Positions 11,701-21,204 of a stretch of DNA of 64,000 nt are shown here, in pieces. The notes beneath the pieces are model-generated. The model saw only the letters and a program-made list of their open reading frames with translations. It searched no databases and was not told where the DNA came from. Position numbers and translations under genes: made by a program. Positions within the stretch are counted from its first letter, which is position 1; each line of letters begins with the position of its first letter. The stretch is taken from assembly GCA_964057225.1 (NCBI GenBank), contig OZ059900.1, forward strand, positions 5,456,001 to 5,520,000. The letters are read 5' to 3'. The DNA comes from Auanema rhodensis (taxonomy: Eukaryota > Animalia > Nematoda).

Positions 11701-14337
11701 CTAGGCTGATAAACCGTGGAATATATCCTGACCCCATTTTAAATGGGACCAAGATTATTAGCATGGTTGTCAAGCCATTAAGAGGTCAAAACATTAACCA
11801 TTTATGTTTTAAAGATAGTTATTTACTAGTGCCTTTACCCTTATCAGCGTTACCCAAGGCATTTGGTGTACCTGATATGAGTAAAGGACAATTCCCATAC
11901 CTCTTTAACCACCCAATAAATTATGGCAAAGTGCTACCATCCTTGCCACCAAAGCATTACTATTGTACTGCTAGAATGAAAGCAGAAGACCTAGCTTCAT
12001 TCAATATTTGGTATGAGGAGCGTAATCAAAGTGTGTTTGATTTTGATGAGGAGCTTCTGGAATATTGTAGGACAGATGTCCGTATTTTAACCAACTGTAT
12101 GAAAGTGTACATGAAGTTGGCCACCGCCACCACTGGCTGGAATCCTGTCATACAATGTATGACATTTGCCAGTTTCTCTTTATTCCAGGCAAGTTTTTTA
12201 AAATACAAGCATTTTCAAAACTAGTATATTACAGTTGAAAATGAACCACATTAAAGAGAACCAAGTGGGTATTCTGCCTGAGACTGGTTATTATGCCGGC
12301 CAGAAGCAGAGTATAATTGCCATAAAATACATTAAATGGCTAGAACTCGGATTAGGCCGCCCATTAATGCATAAACTTAATGGTGGTGAATTTGTTGTGA
12401 GAGTAGATGGCCAACGCTATCTACTTGACGCTTATGACAGTGTGGCTAATCACGGCTATGAGGTGAGTAATTTGTAATAAATGTAAAAAATGAAAAAATT
12501 TTGTAGTTTAATGGCTGTATCTATCATGGTTGCCCCCAGTGCACCAACAAGACTGCTATTGCACCAGGCAGAAATGGTGAAACAATGGAAGAGGTAACCA
12601 ATACTTTTTTTTAATCATTTTAACCTGAAACATTTAGGTTTATGAAAAAACCATGAAAAGGCTTGAAGCTATTCAAAGCCAGGGCATTAGTGTAACCACT
12701 GTGTGGGAACACGAAATTACTGCTCAAATGTCATCAAATGAGCAAATGGCAAATTTTATGAAGGACACTGAGGTTGTAACTCGATTGGCACCTCGAGATG
12801 CCTTCACCGGCGGCCGAACTCAAACATATAAGCTTTTGGCCCAAGCTTCGGATAGATACTCTCTAGAGTATGTGGACTTTTGTTCACTTTATCCATATGT
12901 AACGGCATTTGATGCCTATTACCCTGTGGGTAATCCTAAAGTGATTACTGAGGGCTTTGAAAGTTTTGAGGCATGCTGCCCATACAAGGGCCTTGTGAAA
13001 TGTGACGTGCTTGCACCCACAAATTTGTTGTATCCTGTATTAGGAACACGCATAGGCGGTAAATTAATTTTTACAAACTGCCGCACATGTGCAAACAGAG
13101 GCAAAAATGTAACATGCCCGCACCAAGATGATGAAGACGCTCGAAAGCTGCATCTGACTGTAACGCATGTAGAGCTCGAATGTGCCATACAGCGTGGCTA
13201 CAAAGTGCTTCATGTTTATGAGGTTTGGCACTGGGATGAATGGCAGCAAGGCGGCCTATTCAAGGATTTTGTACAAAAGTACATAAAAATTAAGCAAGAG
13301 GCATCGGGCTGGCCTAAGCCAAATATGACAGAGGCTGAAAAGGTATGTGTCATGAAAAGTATGGCATTAAATAGAATTTTACAGCTAAAATATCTCCAAG
13401 AGCACGAGGAGAACACTGGTGTTGCTCTGGAGAGCAACAAAATTGAAAAGAATGCGGCCATGCGTAGCATTGCCAAACTACAGCTGAATAGGTATGTAAA
13501 CTTTTAAAAATAAAAATTTACAAATTTGTTTATAGTGTATGGGGTAAAATGGGTCAAAGACCGGATAAAGCCCAAACCAAGATTATTGGTGTTGAGGATC
13601 CTGAAATTGGTAGGATCATAACTGATCCTGCAAGGGAACTCACGGGCTTCAAAATTGTGGACGATGTGGCGTACTGTACAACAGTGCCAGAAGACTCACA
13701 CCTGGCACCAGCGCCGTTTACAAATGTAGCCATAGCGGCTTATACAACCGCTCATGCAAGGCTACTATTGTATAAGGCAATGGAAAAAATTGGAAAGAAC
13801 TTGGTGTATACAGGTAATTTTATACTTTGTATACAATTTAAACGTACATCATTTAGACACCGATTCTCTAATTTATTTAAAATGCCTCGATCAGCCTGAT
13901 CCAATTGAGGATATGAAGGGTGAATGGTTAGGTAAACTAACCTCAGAAATACCCGATGGTTGGTCAATGACCAAATTTGTTTCACCAGCTGCAAAAGTTT
14001 ATAGTTATGAGCTAGTAAATGCAGCTGGTCAGGTCAAGTATATCACCAAGGCAAAGGGAGTGGTAAGTATAAAAATATATTATTGAGAAACTTTTTAAAA
14101 TTACAGACGCTGGACCACACGGCAGCCACCGTGGTAAACTATCAAAGTATGGAGCGATTGGTTCGAGGACTCGTGATGGATGGAGAAAAATTGGTTTTAA
14201 AAACCAAAACAACGTTATTAAAGAGGCAGCTTGGTGCCATATCCACGATGGACATGACAAAGAGTACCAAGGTCGTAATGGATAAACTTTGTTATCTAGA
14301 CGATTTTAGTACTTTACCCTATGGTTATTGTGAATAA
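8716..14337 (+). CDS. pPolB: Protein-primed family B DNA polymerase, 14 exons, ~1370 aa (N-terminal/terminal-protein region, vOTU-like protease, Cys-rich region, exonuclease, Vsr-like insertion, polymerase)
   Basis: Exons 8716-8729, 8778-8834, 8883-9008, 9054-9135, 10106-11140, 11187-11360, 11406-12188, 12235-12462, 12507-12593, 12638-13342, 13385-13491, 13536-13813, 13857-14062, 14107-14337 join into one frame. Motifs: YDFET, AHNGSRFD, YCRTDV, DFCSLYP, KLQLNSVWGK, YTDTDS, KAKG, C-terminal TLPYGY. The first four exons are less certain than the rest. Confidence 0.93.
9340..9905. repeat. Degenerate ~150-170-bp tandem repeat inside pPolB intron 4 (9136-10105)
   Basis: Anchor GATGCTCAAAAACTGA at 9375, 9544, 9711 and 9861 with similar flanking sequence. 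Confidence 0.8.
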
Positions 14338-14475
14338 TTTTTAATATATTTGAATTTATAAATTTTATTATCGCGTGTATATTTGTATATGGTTGTATTT
14401 ATAGATTTTTATGTATAGTTGTATTAATAAATTTTATTCTTCTCATCAAATGTTTTAAAGAGTTTATTACATACA

Positions 14476-15810
14476 TTACAAACTGGTATCAATATATGGA
14501 GCACGATTGTTGTCAATTGAAAGAATAGAGTCATATTCTGCATAAACAATAGCATATAAACCCTCTTGCGGCGTTTGTTGACCAAATTCCAATTTCAGGG
14601 CCACATTACCTTGTCGTATAACATCAAATAACTCGGACGAGTGTACAGTCGGTGAAATATCAAATACAAAAAATGTGAAGCCGGTTTTATACATTGCTGG
14701 TGTAATACCATTGGATGAATCTGTACGACCAAGACCCAAACCCTCCAACATGTCAATATATGCTGTGGCATAGGAAGAACGCCATTCTAAATTATAAGGG
14801 CGGGTAGGTATTACCCGATTGTTGAGCGTCAAGTATATATTTTTCAATTCAAACGGTTTAAAGTTGAATGGCGAATGTTTAAAAGTACCATTATAGGCGT
14901 GTGCGCCGACAAGACCTACTACAACACGTTTCGGTGTATGCGACGTGAATAATATGTTATTGGGTGAATCCAAACGGCCTCCTTCTATGAAATAAGAGCG
15001 CATTTTCACTGACGTCATGGGGTAGTGTATTCGTTCCTTTACAAGTTTATCTTCTATAGCCATAGCTAATCCAGCGTTTAGATCAAACTCTTGAATAAGC
15101 AAGTGCACATCGTTGATATCTATTTTCAGGTTTGGAAACTCCTCCTTCATTGCAGCATCCTTGCTTTCATTATTCCATCCAAGTGTGTCAATTAAGAAAT
15201 TATCACGGTTTGGATATGCAGTTAGCTCCATTTTTGAATAGTTTACAAACAGTCGTTCCTGATTGAATAAGTCGATACTGATGGGAGCAGCCATCTCACA
15301 CAATATGCCATTTTTAACAAGCCCTTGTCGCGCTCTAAAGCCAGGACTGGCTGCATTATCTATATATCTATCCGCATAATAGCCTGATATGGCAAGTTTG
15401 CTCTCTTTAACATCGTTGCTATACATTAGAATATTCTCAATATATGTTTTGTAGGCATGATTTACGGTAGAGTCATACACGCTAACATCACCAATTTTTA
15501 AATGATACGAGTGTATCAAACTGGCTGCAAATTGTTGGCATGGTGCAAAAACAAGGTTGTCTGGTACTGGATCACCGTTTGTGGTTACAATTTTGAATTT
15601 TACATTCAACCAACACCTTCTCAGATTAAGAAATGATTTGGAATTTTGGGCTATAACAAATTCCCATGGTCCTTGAGGAAGAAAAGTATTTTTTAAAGGA
15701 ACTTGTACAGTACGAGTGGATTCAACACCTAATGCCGACGCCGGTATGTCACTATAATTAATATTAGGTAAAAGTGCTTGTGCTGATTTTGAATCTATCA
15801 ATTTAGCCAT
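14476..15810 (-). CDS. Polinton double jelly-roll major capsid protein, 444 aa
   Basis: Typical size; motifs PKRVVVGLV, AYNG..SPFNFKPF, LTLNNRVIP, GFTFFVFDISP, IVYAEYDS; element context. Confidence 0.92.
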   Translation of the reverse strand: MAKLIDSKSAQALLPNINYSDIPASALGVESTRTVQVPLKNTFLPQGPWEFVIAQNSKSFLNLRRCWLNVKFKIVTTNGDPVPDNLVFAPCQQFAASLIHSYHLKIGDVSVYDSTVNHAYKTYIENILMYSNDVKESKLAISGYYADRYIDNAASPGFRARQGLVKNGILCEMAAPISIDLFNQERLFVNYSKMELTAYPNRDNFLIDTLGWNNESKDAAMKEEFPNLKIDINDVHLLIQEFDLNAGLAMAIEDKLVKERIHYPMTSVKMRSYFIEGGRLDSPNNILFTSHTPKRVVVGLVGAHAYNGTFKHSPFNFKPFELKNIYLTLNNRVIPTRPYNLEWRSSYATAYIDMLEGLGLGRTDSSNGITPAMYKTGFTFFVFDISPTVHSSELFDVIRQGNVALKLEFGQQTPQEGLYAIVYAEYDSILSIDNNRAPYIDTSL

Positions 15811-16263
15811 TTAAATACGATACGACCGCTCACGAGTTATGCACAGACGCTTATGAGGTTTTGTGGTTTTGCGTCGTCGCCGCTTGCCCAAACCGGTAAG
15901 ATCTCGTATAGCCTGCCGGCCGGCTGTTTTAAGAGTTTGCTTGATATTATCGCCCTTGAGCACCCCATCAACAATTTCATTGCTAGTTTTTAGCAACTGG
16001 CCGCCAAGAGGTGAATTTACAACTGGACTATTGCTTACAGCACTGGATAATGCATTCCTTCCAGCATTGATGAGATTTTGGGCTATAGGTGATTGAATAA
16101 TGCGTGGTAAAAACGATGCCAATGTTGCCAGTATACCACCCAGGCCATGACCTCTCTGCATACCACGTTGAAACATCATTCCACTAAATGGCGCCCCACC
16201 CATTTGTTGATTCAAAAGTGTTGTCCATTGAATTGAGTTCAAGTCTAGAAGAAGGTGTGGCAT
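15811..16263 (-). CDS. Basic virion core-like protein (~150 aa)
   Basis: QRGHGLGGILATLASFL motif, Arg/Lys-rich tail (GLGKRRRRKTTK), directly upstream of the major capsid gene; first ATG at 16263. Confidence 0.8.
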   Translation of the reverse strand: MPHLLLDLNSIQWTTLLNQQMGGAPFSGMMFQRGMQRGHGLGGILATLASFLPRIIQSPIAQNLINAGRNALSSAVSNSPVVNSPLGGQLLKTSNEIVDGVLKGDNIKQTLKTAGRQAIRDLTGLGKRRRRKTTKPHKRLCITRERSYRI

Positions 16264-16313
16264 ATTGAACCGCACGTGCGCAATACAAAAGTTACACTAG
16301 ATCATTTTACTAA

Positions 16314-16769
16314 ATGTATTCGTCTGAAATAGCGTCACTATTGCGATCTGTCCGCATCACTCGAAAACTATTCCTCGGTGTATTTAGCGCGGATACTCTA
16401 CCCAAAACACGTCGAAAGAACTTTGCACTTGTTGTAAATACTGACACACACGATAAACCGGGCACACATTGGCAAGTCATCTTTGTACGTAATGATCAAG
16501 CCTACTTTTTCTGTAGCTTGGGTTATAAAATGAACAAGTACATTCGTCATTATCTGGCCAAATATAAAAATGTAAAAGTTAATACTTGCAAACCACAACG
16601 CATAATTGAATACACTTGTGGTGGTTATGCAATATTTGTAATACTAATGTTGTCAGCTGGTAATACATTTGAAAGCATTTGTTCATTTTTTAAACTATTA
16701 CAAAACGATGATGTCTTTATTAAAGCGTTTATGCATAAAGTATTCGACTATAAATTATCTAGCATATGA
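16314..16769 (+). CDS. Adenain-like cysteine maturation protease, 151 aa
   Basis: FLGVF, VVNTD..PGTHW (catalytic His), Q.....TCGGY (oxyanion Gln and catalytic Cys). Confidence 0.93.
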   Translation: MYSSEIASLLRSVRITRKLFLGVFSADTLPKTRRKNFALVVNTDTHDKPGTHWQVIFVRNDQAYFFCSLGYKMNKYIRHYLAKYKNVKVNTCKPQRIIEYTCGGYAIFVILMLSAGNTFESICSFFKLLQNDDVFIKAFMHKVFDYKLSSI

Positions 16770-16815
16770 TCAACCTCGCCATTAAAACGTCACCTGCTAC
16801 ATTAGGTGGTCAGTT

Positions 16816-16986
16816 ATGAATATTCCCTGTCACTGTGAATTATGTATAAGATACACGTTGGAACAATCTGTGCCAACACCCCTGTACAAAAAGATTTTGA
16901 AACGTATTTCAGTGCCATTCATTAAAGGAATATCTCTGGGACTAGGCTTTTGTACAACACTAGTCATTATTCCACTCATTATATAA
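16816..16986 (+). CDS. 56-aa putative tail-anchored membrane microprotein
   Basis: MNIPCHCELCIRYTLEQSVPTPLYKKILKRISVPFIKGISLGLGFCTTLVIIPLII*; fills the gap between two co-oriented genes and is below the ORF-track cutoff. Confidence 0.55.
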   Translation: MNIPCHCELCIRYTLEQSVPTPLYKKILKRISVPFIKGISLGLGFCTTLVIIPLII

Positions 16987-17027
16987 AAGTGAGTTGACTG
17001 TGTGTGGTTGTTTTTTATTTTCCTCTA

Positions 17028-17492
17028 ATGGAACTTTTATGTAACAAGTATTGTGTTACGTGCAAGGAAATATTTTCATCAGCCAAGCATTTTAGTGATC
17101 ACGTATTAAAAAGACATGACGGGATTCAACCCGTATGTAACAGTTATATCAGCAATGCTGACTTTATTCAAAAATATGGACATTTGGATGGTGTTCGTAG
17201 ACGTTTGTGCCCTTATTGTAGTGAAACTTTTGGAACAAGATTCAATTGTCAGCGTCATATTCGGCGTCTTCATAATAGTAATGGAACGAATGGTAAAGAT
17301 GGTGATGGAAATGATACCAGCGAACCCTCTGAAAAAACTGAGGAGTTTGTACAGTCAACCGAACCAAAACGATGCCGCTGCAATAGTAACCGAGAATATT
17401 CACAACACGAGCCGCGCATCGAACAAAACGGCGCTGAACTACCTTTTAAACCTTCGAAAATCGTAATGTGGTCTTGTATAACTGTTGAATAA
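17028..17492 (+). CDS. Two-finger C2H2 zinc-finger protein (~154 aa)
   Basis: CVTCKEIFSSAKHFSDHVLKRH and CPYCSETFGTRFNCQRHIRRLH; first ATG at 17028. Confidence 0.82.
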   Translation: MELLCNKYCVTCKEIFSSAKHFSDHVLKRHDGIQPVCNSYISNADFIQKYGHLDGVRRRLCPYCSETFGTRFNCQRHIRRLHNSNGTNGKDGDGNDTSEPSEKTEEFVQSTEPKRCRCNSNREYSQHEPRIEQNGAELPFKPSKIVMWSCITVE

Positions 17493-17497
17493 AACAT

Positions 17498-18355
17498 TTA
17501 TTTCACATTTTTAACATGTAATGTAACAACTGTAGAACCATAATTAAATTGCATAGGGCGGCCAAATTCATCTAAAATTTCAATACGTATAGTATCGAGT
17601 GTTTGCTTAGTGATTGGTACATAACGAATAGGATTAAATGTTTTGGCAATCATTTTACCAAATTCGGTGGGAGGTGGTACAGGTAAACATGCAAGTAAAT
17701 TAGCTTTCACATTACCGAGAATGGAATATTCTACAATATCACAATATATATACATTGTATTAATGTTATTTGAAAAATCAATGGGGCGCCTGGCTATTAA
17801 CGTGTCGTTGATAATTTTATTCTCAAAGCCAAGAAAATATGCGAGAGCATCACCGAGTGTTGCATTCAATAAGAGCCGCTTACTTGTTACAAACTCTATG
17901 CGTTGTAGTGTTTTGTTAAACCGAAACGTGGCGTCTGCCAGCATTTCCTTGACAAGTTTAGCCTCAGCTTGTCGATTATTATACCACTTTTTCACATCTT
18001 CATCTTTATCTATTAAACCCTTTATACGTGCTTCTTCCTCAGCTCCAAGAGGTTTAGTGCTGCTAGCAATAAATTGTTCTTTTCCAGCATTGATTCCGCG
18101 TATTATTTCATCACCATTTGCATAGTTACCTTTGGGCAAGTGCAGAATAAACTTTCTGTTGGAAAAACGTAGTGTATAAGAAAGATTTTCTTGTACATTT
18201 AATATCGAACACGGAAAAATTATGTCTGTCAGCCCAATGCAATATCTGTTATTGCGTAGCCTTAATGTTTCAGGTAACCTGGTAAGAAACACTGATGAGG
18301 TATTACTTTTTTCAGAGTCAACTGATGACGGCAAAGTAATGTAAAAGTCATCCAT
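17498..18355 (-). CDS. Minor capsid (penton) protein, ~285 aa
   Basis: N-terminal DDFYITLPS; C-terminal YIYCDIVE...LL..P...PIRYVP...IRIEILDEFG.P.....G...VTLH, typical of Polinton minor capsids. Confidence 0.9.
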   Translation of the reverse strand: MDDFYITLPSSVDSEKSNTSSVFLTRLPETLRLRNNRYCIGLTDIIFPCSILNVQENLSYTLRFSNRKFILHLPKGNYANGDEIIRGINAGKEQFIASSTKPLGAEEEARIKGLIDKDEDVKKWYNNRQAEAKLVKEMLADATFRFNKTLQRIEFVTSKRLLLNATLGDALAYFLGFENKIINDTLIARRPIDFSNNINTMYIYCDIVEYSILGNVKANLLACLPVPPPTEFGKMIAKTFNPIRYVPITKQTLDTIRIEILDEFGRPMQFNYGSTVVTLHVKNVK

Positions 18356-18434
18356 CACAGACCACCACCTGATGCGTGCGCACTAGTATAAATGAAATCA
18401 TTTGCATTATAGGTACATTTACGAGTGGTTGATT

Positions 18435-19082
18435 ATGGTTTTCAGCTTCAAACTACCCAGTCAGACAACTGTAATAGGGGCAACGCAATGTGGTAAAACT
18501 ACCCTTATAAAACGTATATGTGAAAATACTGAAAAGTTTTTCAACGTCCCCATTGATAGAATATTCTGGTTCAGTCAATGTGGAGCATCGTCAGGTGTTC
18601 CATTAAATGATGAGCGTTTAATAGTTATTCAAGGACCACCTGATCCGGATATAATAAAAGAGCAAAAGGGAATAAACACCATACTAGTGCTGGATGATTT
18701 GATGAATTTTTTCTCATCGAATAAAGCGGCTAAAGAATTACTCAACAACATTTTTACAGTGTGGGCACATCACTGGAATTTGGCAGTGTTTAATCTTGTG
18801 CAAGCTGCATTTCAGCTAGACAGGACCAGTCGAATTAATAGTACATATATAATACTGATGAAAAGTCATTCGGATATATTACAAATACGTAATTGTCTGC
18901 AACAATTATTTGGCCCCCGCTTTAAAAATGCTCTAGAAGCATATGATGATGCAATGTCTACACCCTATAGTCATTTACTGATTGACAACCATCCTTTAAC
19001 AAATGAGAAACAGCGTATACTATCAGATATAACAGCGGAGCACCCTATTGTTTATGTAGCCAGAAATATATTCAGTGTTTAA
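18435..19082 (+). CDS. A32/FtsK-like genome packaging ATPase (~215 aa)
   Basis: Walker A GATQCGKT, Walker B ILVLDDLM, HHWNL..F.LVQ, SRINSTY, PYSHLLID. Confidence 0.93.
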   Translation: MVFSFKLPSQTTVIGATQCGKTTLIKRICENTEKFFNVPIDRIFWFSQCGASSGVPLNDERLIVIQGPPDPDIIKEQKGINTILVLDDLMNFFSSNKAAKELLNNIFTVWAHHWNLAVFNLVQAAFQLDRTSRINSTYIILMKSHSDILQIRNCLQQLFGPRFKNALEAYDDAMSTPYSHLLIDNHPLTNEKQRILSDITAEHPIVYVARNIFSV

Positions 19083-19094
19083 TGTGCATGTTCA

Positions 19095-19403
19095 ATGAGT
19101 GGTCGTATTTTGTCAAATTACAACTTTTTATCTTCTTGTGCCAAAACCCCTTGTTCTGTTTCCTCATTTTCTTTTTCACAAATTGAAATTATTGTTGAAA
19201 TTGTATTTAATATTGTGAAAAATAATAATTTTCTCTTAACTAACAAGGAATATAAAACCCTTTTGCCCATATCCTCATTATTACGTCAAATAGCTTTGAT
19301 ACGCACACCCGAAAAGGCTAAAACTTTATTGGCAACGATTTCACACAAACAATTGAAAACAATAGTTTCATGTGGAATTGCTTATTTTGGTTTTAAAAGA
19401 TGA
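19095..19403 (+). CDS. Polinton hypothetical protein, 102 aa
   Basis: ATG-initiated ORF tightly packed between the ATPase and the next ORF (ATGA overlap). Confidence 0.7.
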   Translation: MSGRILSNYNFLSSCAKTPCSVSSFSFSQIEIIVEIVFNIVKNNNFLLTNKEYKTLLPISSLLRQIALIRTPEKAKTLLATISHKQLKTIVSCGIAYFGFKR

Positions 19404-20137
19404 AACTCAATCATAAATATCGTCTAATCCCTGTGGATGATGAAACGCTGAATATAGACAAGTTTGATGCTGAATTGAAGCTCTTACGAGAGAATAAATC
19501 TATACCCGATTATAAAAAGGCTGAACTATACGAAGACTTGATTACCCGTCTCAAAAACTATAGAGAAAGCATAGATGCGCCTATATCAGTACAAGTGGAA
19601 AATGCTGATCCACCATTATTGCCAGAATACAAGCTGCCACGAAAGTATAACGATCTGTGGGAACGATTTCCAGAGGTGCGTACAAACAAAAATAACCAAC
19701 TTGTGATTAATAATGAGCCCGTACCAAACACAAATATTACAAAAATTTTGGATTTTGTACTGGATAAAACAAAAACGGAACCCAATGGATTCTCAGTATT
19801 AGCCAAATTCTTAGCCAGTAATGGGGTCTCTAGCCCTAACAAGAAGGCAAAAAATGTAGAGCCTGCCGTCAGTAACAAGGATTCAGTTGATCCCGTGCCT
19901 ACATCCACATCGGCTGTCACAGACTTGGATGCTACTATTAATATATTACCTAGAACACCACGTCATCGTAAGGCTGTTATTCGATATTCACCCTCTCCGC
20001 GTCGTACATTCAAATCCAAAGCTATAAATAAAAAGGCAAAACCCGCTGACACTGGTGAATCATATTACACACCTCAGGCGGGAGAAACACAGAATGGCAA
20101 AGGCCGTAAACGATTCTACATTAGATTATGGAAGTAA
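19400..20137 (+). CDS. Polinton hypothetical protein, 245 aa (possible virion protein, C-terminal QNGKG site)
   Basis: Long ORF overlapping both neighbours; N-terminal KYRLIP, basic Pro/Ser-rich C-terminal half. Confidence 0.78.
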   Translation: MKLNHKYRLIPVDDETLNIDKFDAELKLLRENKSIPDYKKAELYEDLITRLKNYRESIDAPISVQVENADPPLLPEYKLPRKYNDLWERFPEVRTNKNNQLVINNEPVPNTNITKILDFVLDKTKTEPNGFSVLAKFLASNGVSSPNKKAKNVEPAVSNKDSVDPVPTSTSAVTDLDATINILPRTPRHRKAVIRYSPSPRRTFKSKAINKKAKPADTGESYYTPQAGETQNGKGRKRFYIRLWK

Positions 20138-21161
20138 TGTTTTGGAGAACATTTATTATAATATTAAGCATCCAGCTTCTTATACGTCTGCCAAAAATCT
20201 ATTATTGGAAGCGCGAAAGCATGGCATTGCAAAAGCACAAGTTGAAAGTTTTTTGCAAGACTCTGAAACTTTTACACGTCATAAACCAACCAGACTGCAT
20301 ATGCAGACTAAAAAGACTAGAGGCTGTGGTCGATTCCTAACAATGCAAGCAGATTTGGTTGATATGCAAAAATATAAAAAATCAAATGACGGCTATGCTT
20401 ACATGTTGACCATGATTGATGTTTATACACGCATGTTATATGTTAGGCCTTTGAAAACTAAAGGTGGTTTAGAGGTTGCTACTGCATTTGAAAATGTATT
20501 CAAGGATTTTATACCAATCCAACTAATAACGGATAACGGTGCAGAGTTTTATAATAGTCATTGTGAAAAACTATTCAAAAAATTTGCCATACTGCATGGA
20601 TCAACAAGTTCACCACAAAAGGCGGCAATGGTGGAGCGAGCAAATAGAACTTTAAAAACGCGCATGATGAAATATCTCTATTACAAGAATAATCATCGAT
20701 GGATTGATATACTAGATGACTTGGTCGAAGGAATAAACAAATCTTATAATCGGTCGATTAAAATGCGCCCCGTAGATGTTACAGCAAATATATTCGTTGA
20801 AGAATATGCACCAGCTGTTCGCAACCGATTCAAAATTGGTGATAATGTTCGCATAAGCAAGAACAGGCGTACTTTTGAAAAAAGTTACGAGTCTGGATAT
20901 ACAATGGAACTATTCACAATTGATGAGATTGTAGCCGGGAACCCAACCGTGTATAAACTTGTAGATTATAATGGTGAACGTATAAAGGGAATATTCTATG
21001 AGCCTGAACTTGTGTTGGCTACTAATAAAAGCAACCAGTACTATATTGAGAAAGTTTTGAAAGAGCGTACACGAAATGGTAAACGCCAAGTGTTTGTAAA
21101 ATGGAGTGGCTATCCCGACAACTTTAATGAATGGATAGATGCAGAAAATTTAAATGTATAA
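20094..21161 (+). CDS. Retroviral-like (RVE) integrase with C-terminal chromodomain-like module (~355 aa)
   Basis: D-D-E triad in QADLVD, ITDNGAEF and MVERANRTLK; C-terminal YYIEKVL...VFVKWSGYPDNFNEWI. Confidence 0.95.
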   Translation: MAKAVNDSTLDYGSNVLENIYYNIKHPASYTSAKNLLLEARKHGIAKAQVESFLQDSETFTRHKPTRLHMQTKKTRGCGRFLTMQADLVDMQKYKKSNDGYAYMLTMIDVYTRMLYVRPLKTKGGLEVATAFENVFKDFIPIQLITDNGAEFYNSHCEKLFKKFAILHGSTSSPQKAAMVERANRTLKTRMMKYLYYKNNHRWIDILDDLVEGINKSYNRSIKMRPVDVTANIFVEEYAPAVRNRFKIGDNVRISKNRRTFEKSYESGYTMELFTIDEIVAGNPTVYKLVDYNGERIKGIFYEPELVLATNKSNQYYIEKVLKERTRNGKRQVFVKWSGYPDNFNEWIDAENLNV

Positions 21162-21204
21162 TTTTTCACTGTTGTTGTAAACAATTGTATTAATAATAAA
21201 TGAT

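Noticed and set aside
10148-14337. pPolB as a frameshifted pseudogene or several separate genes
   Set aside because: Every break coincides with a 42-46 bp GT/GC-AG intron whose removal restores the frame and conserved motifs.
17643-19920. Antisense ORFs within the Maverick (17643-18125, 19558-19920)
   Set aside because: Shadows of recognisable genes on the opposite strand, with no motifs.
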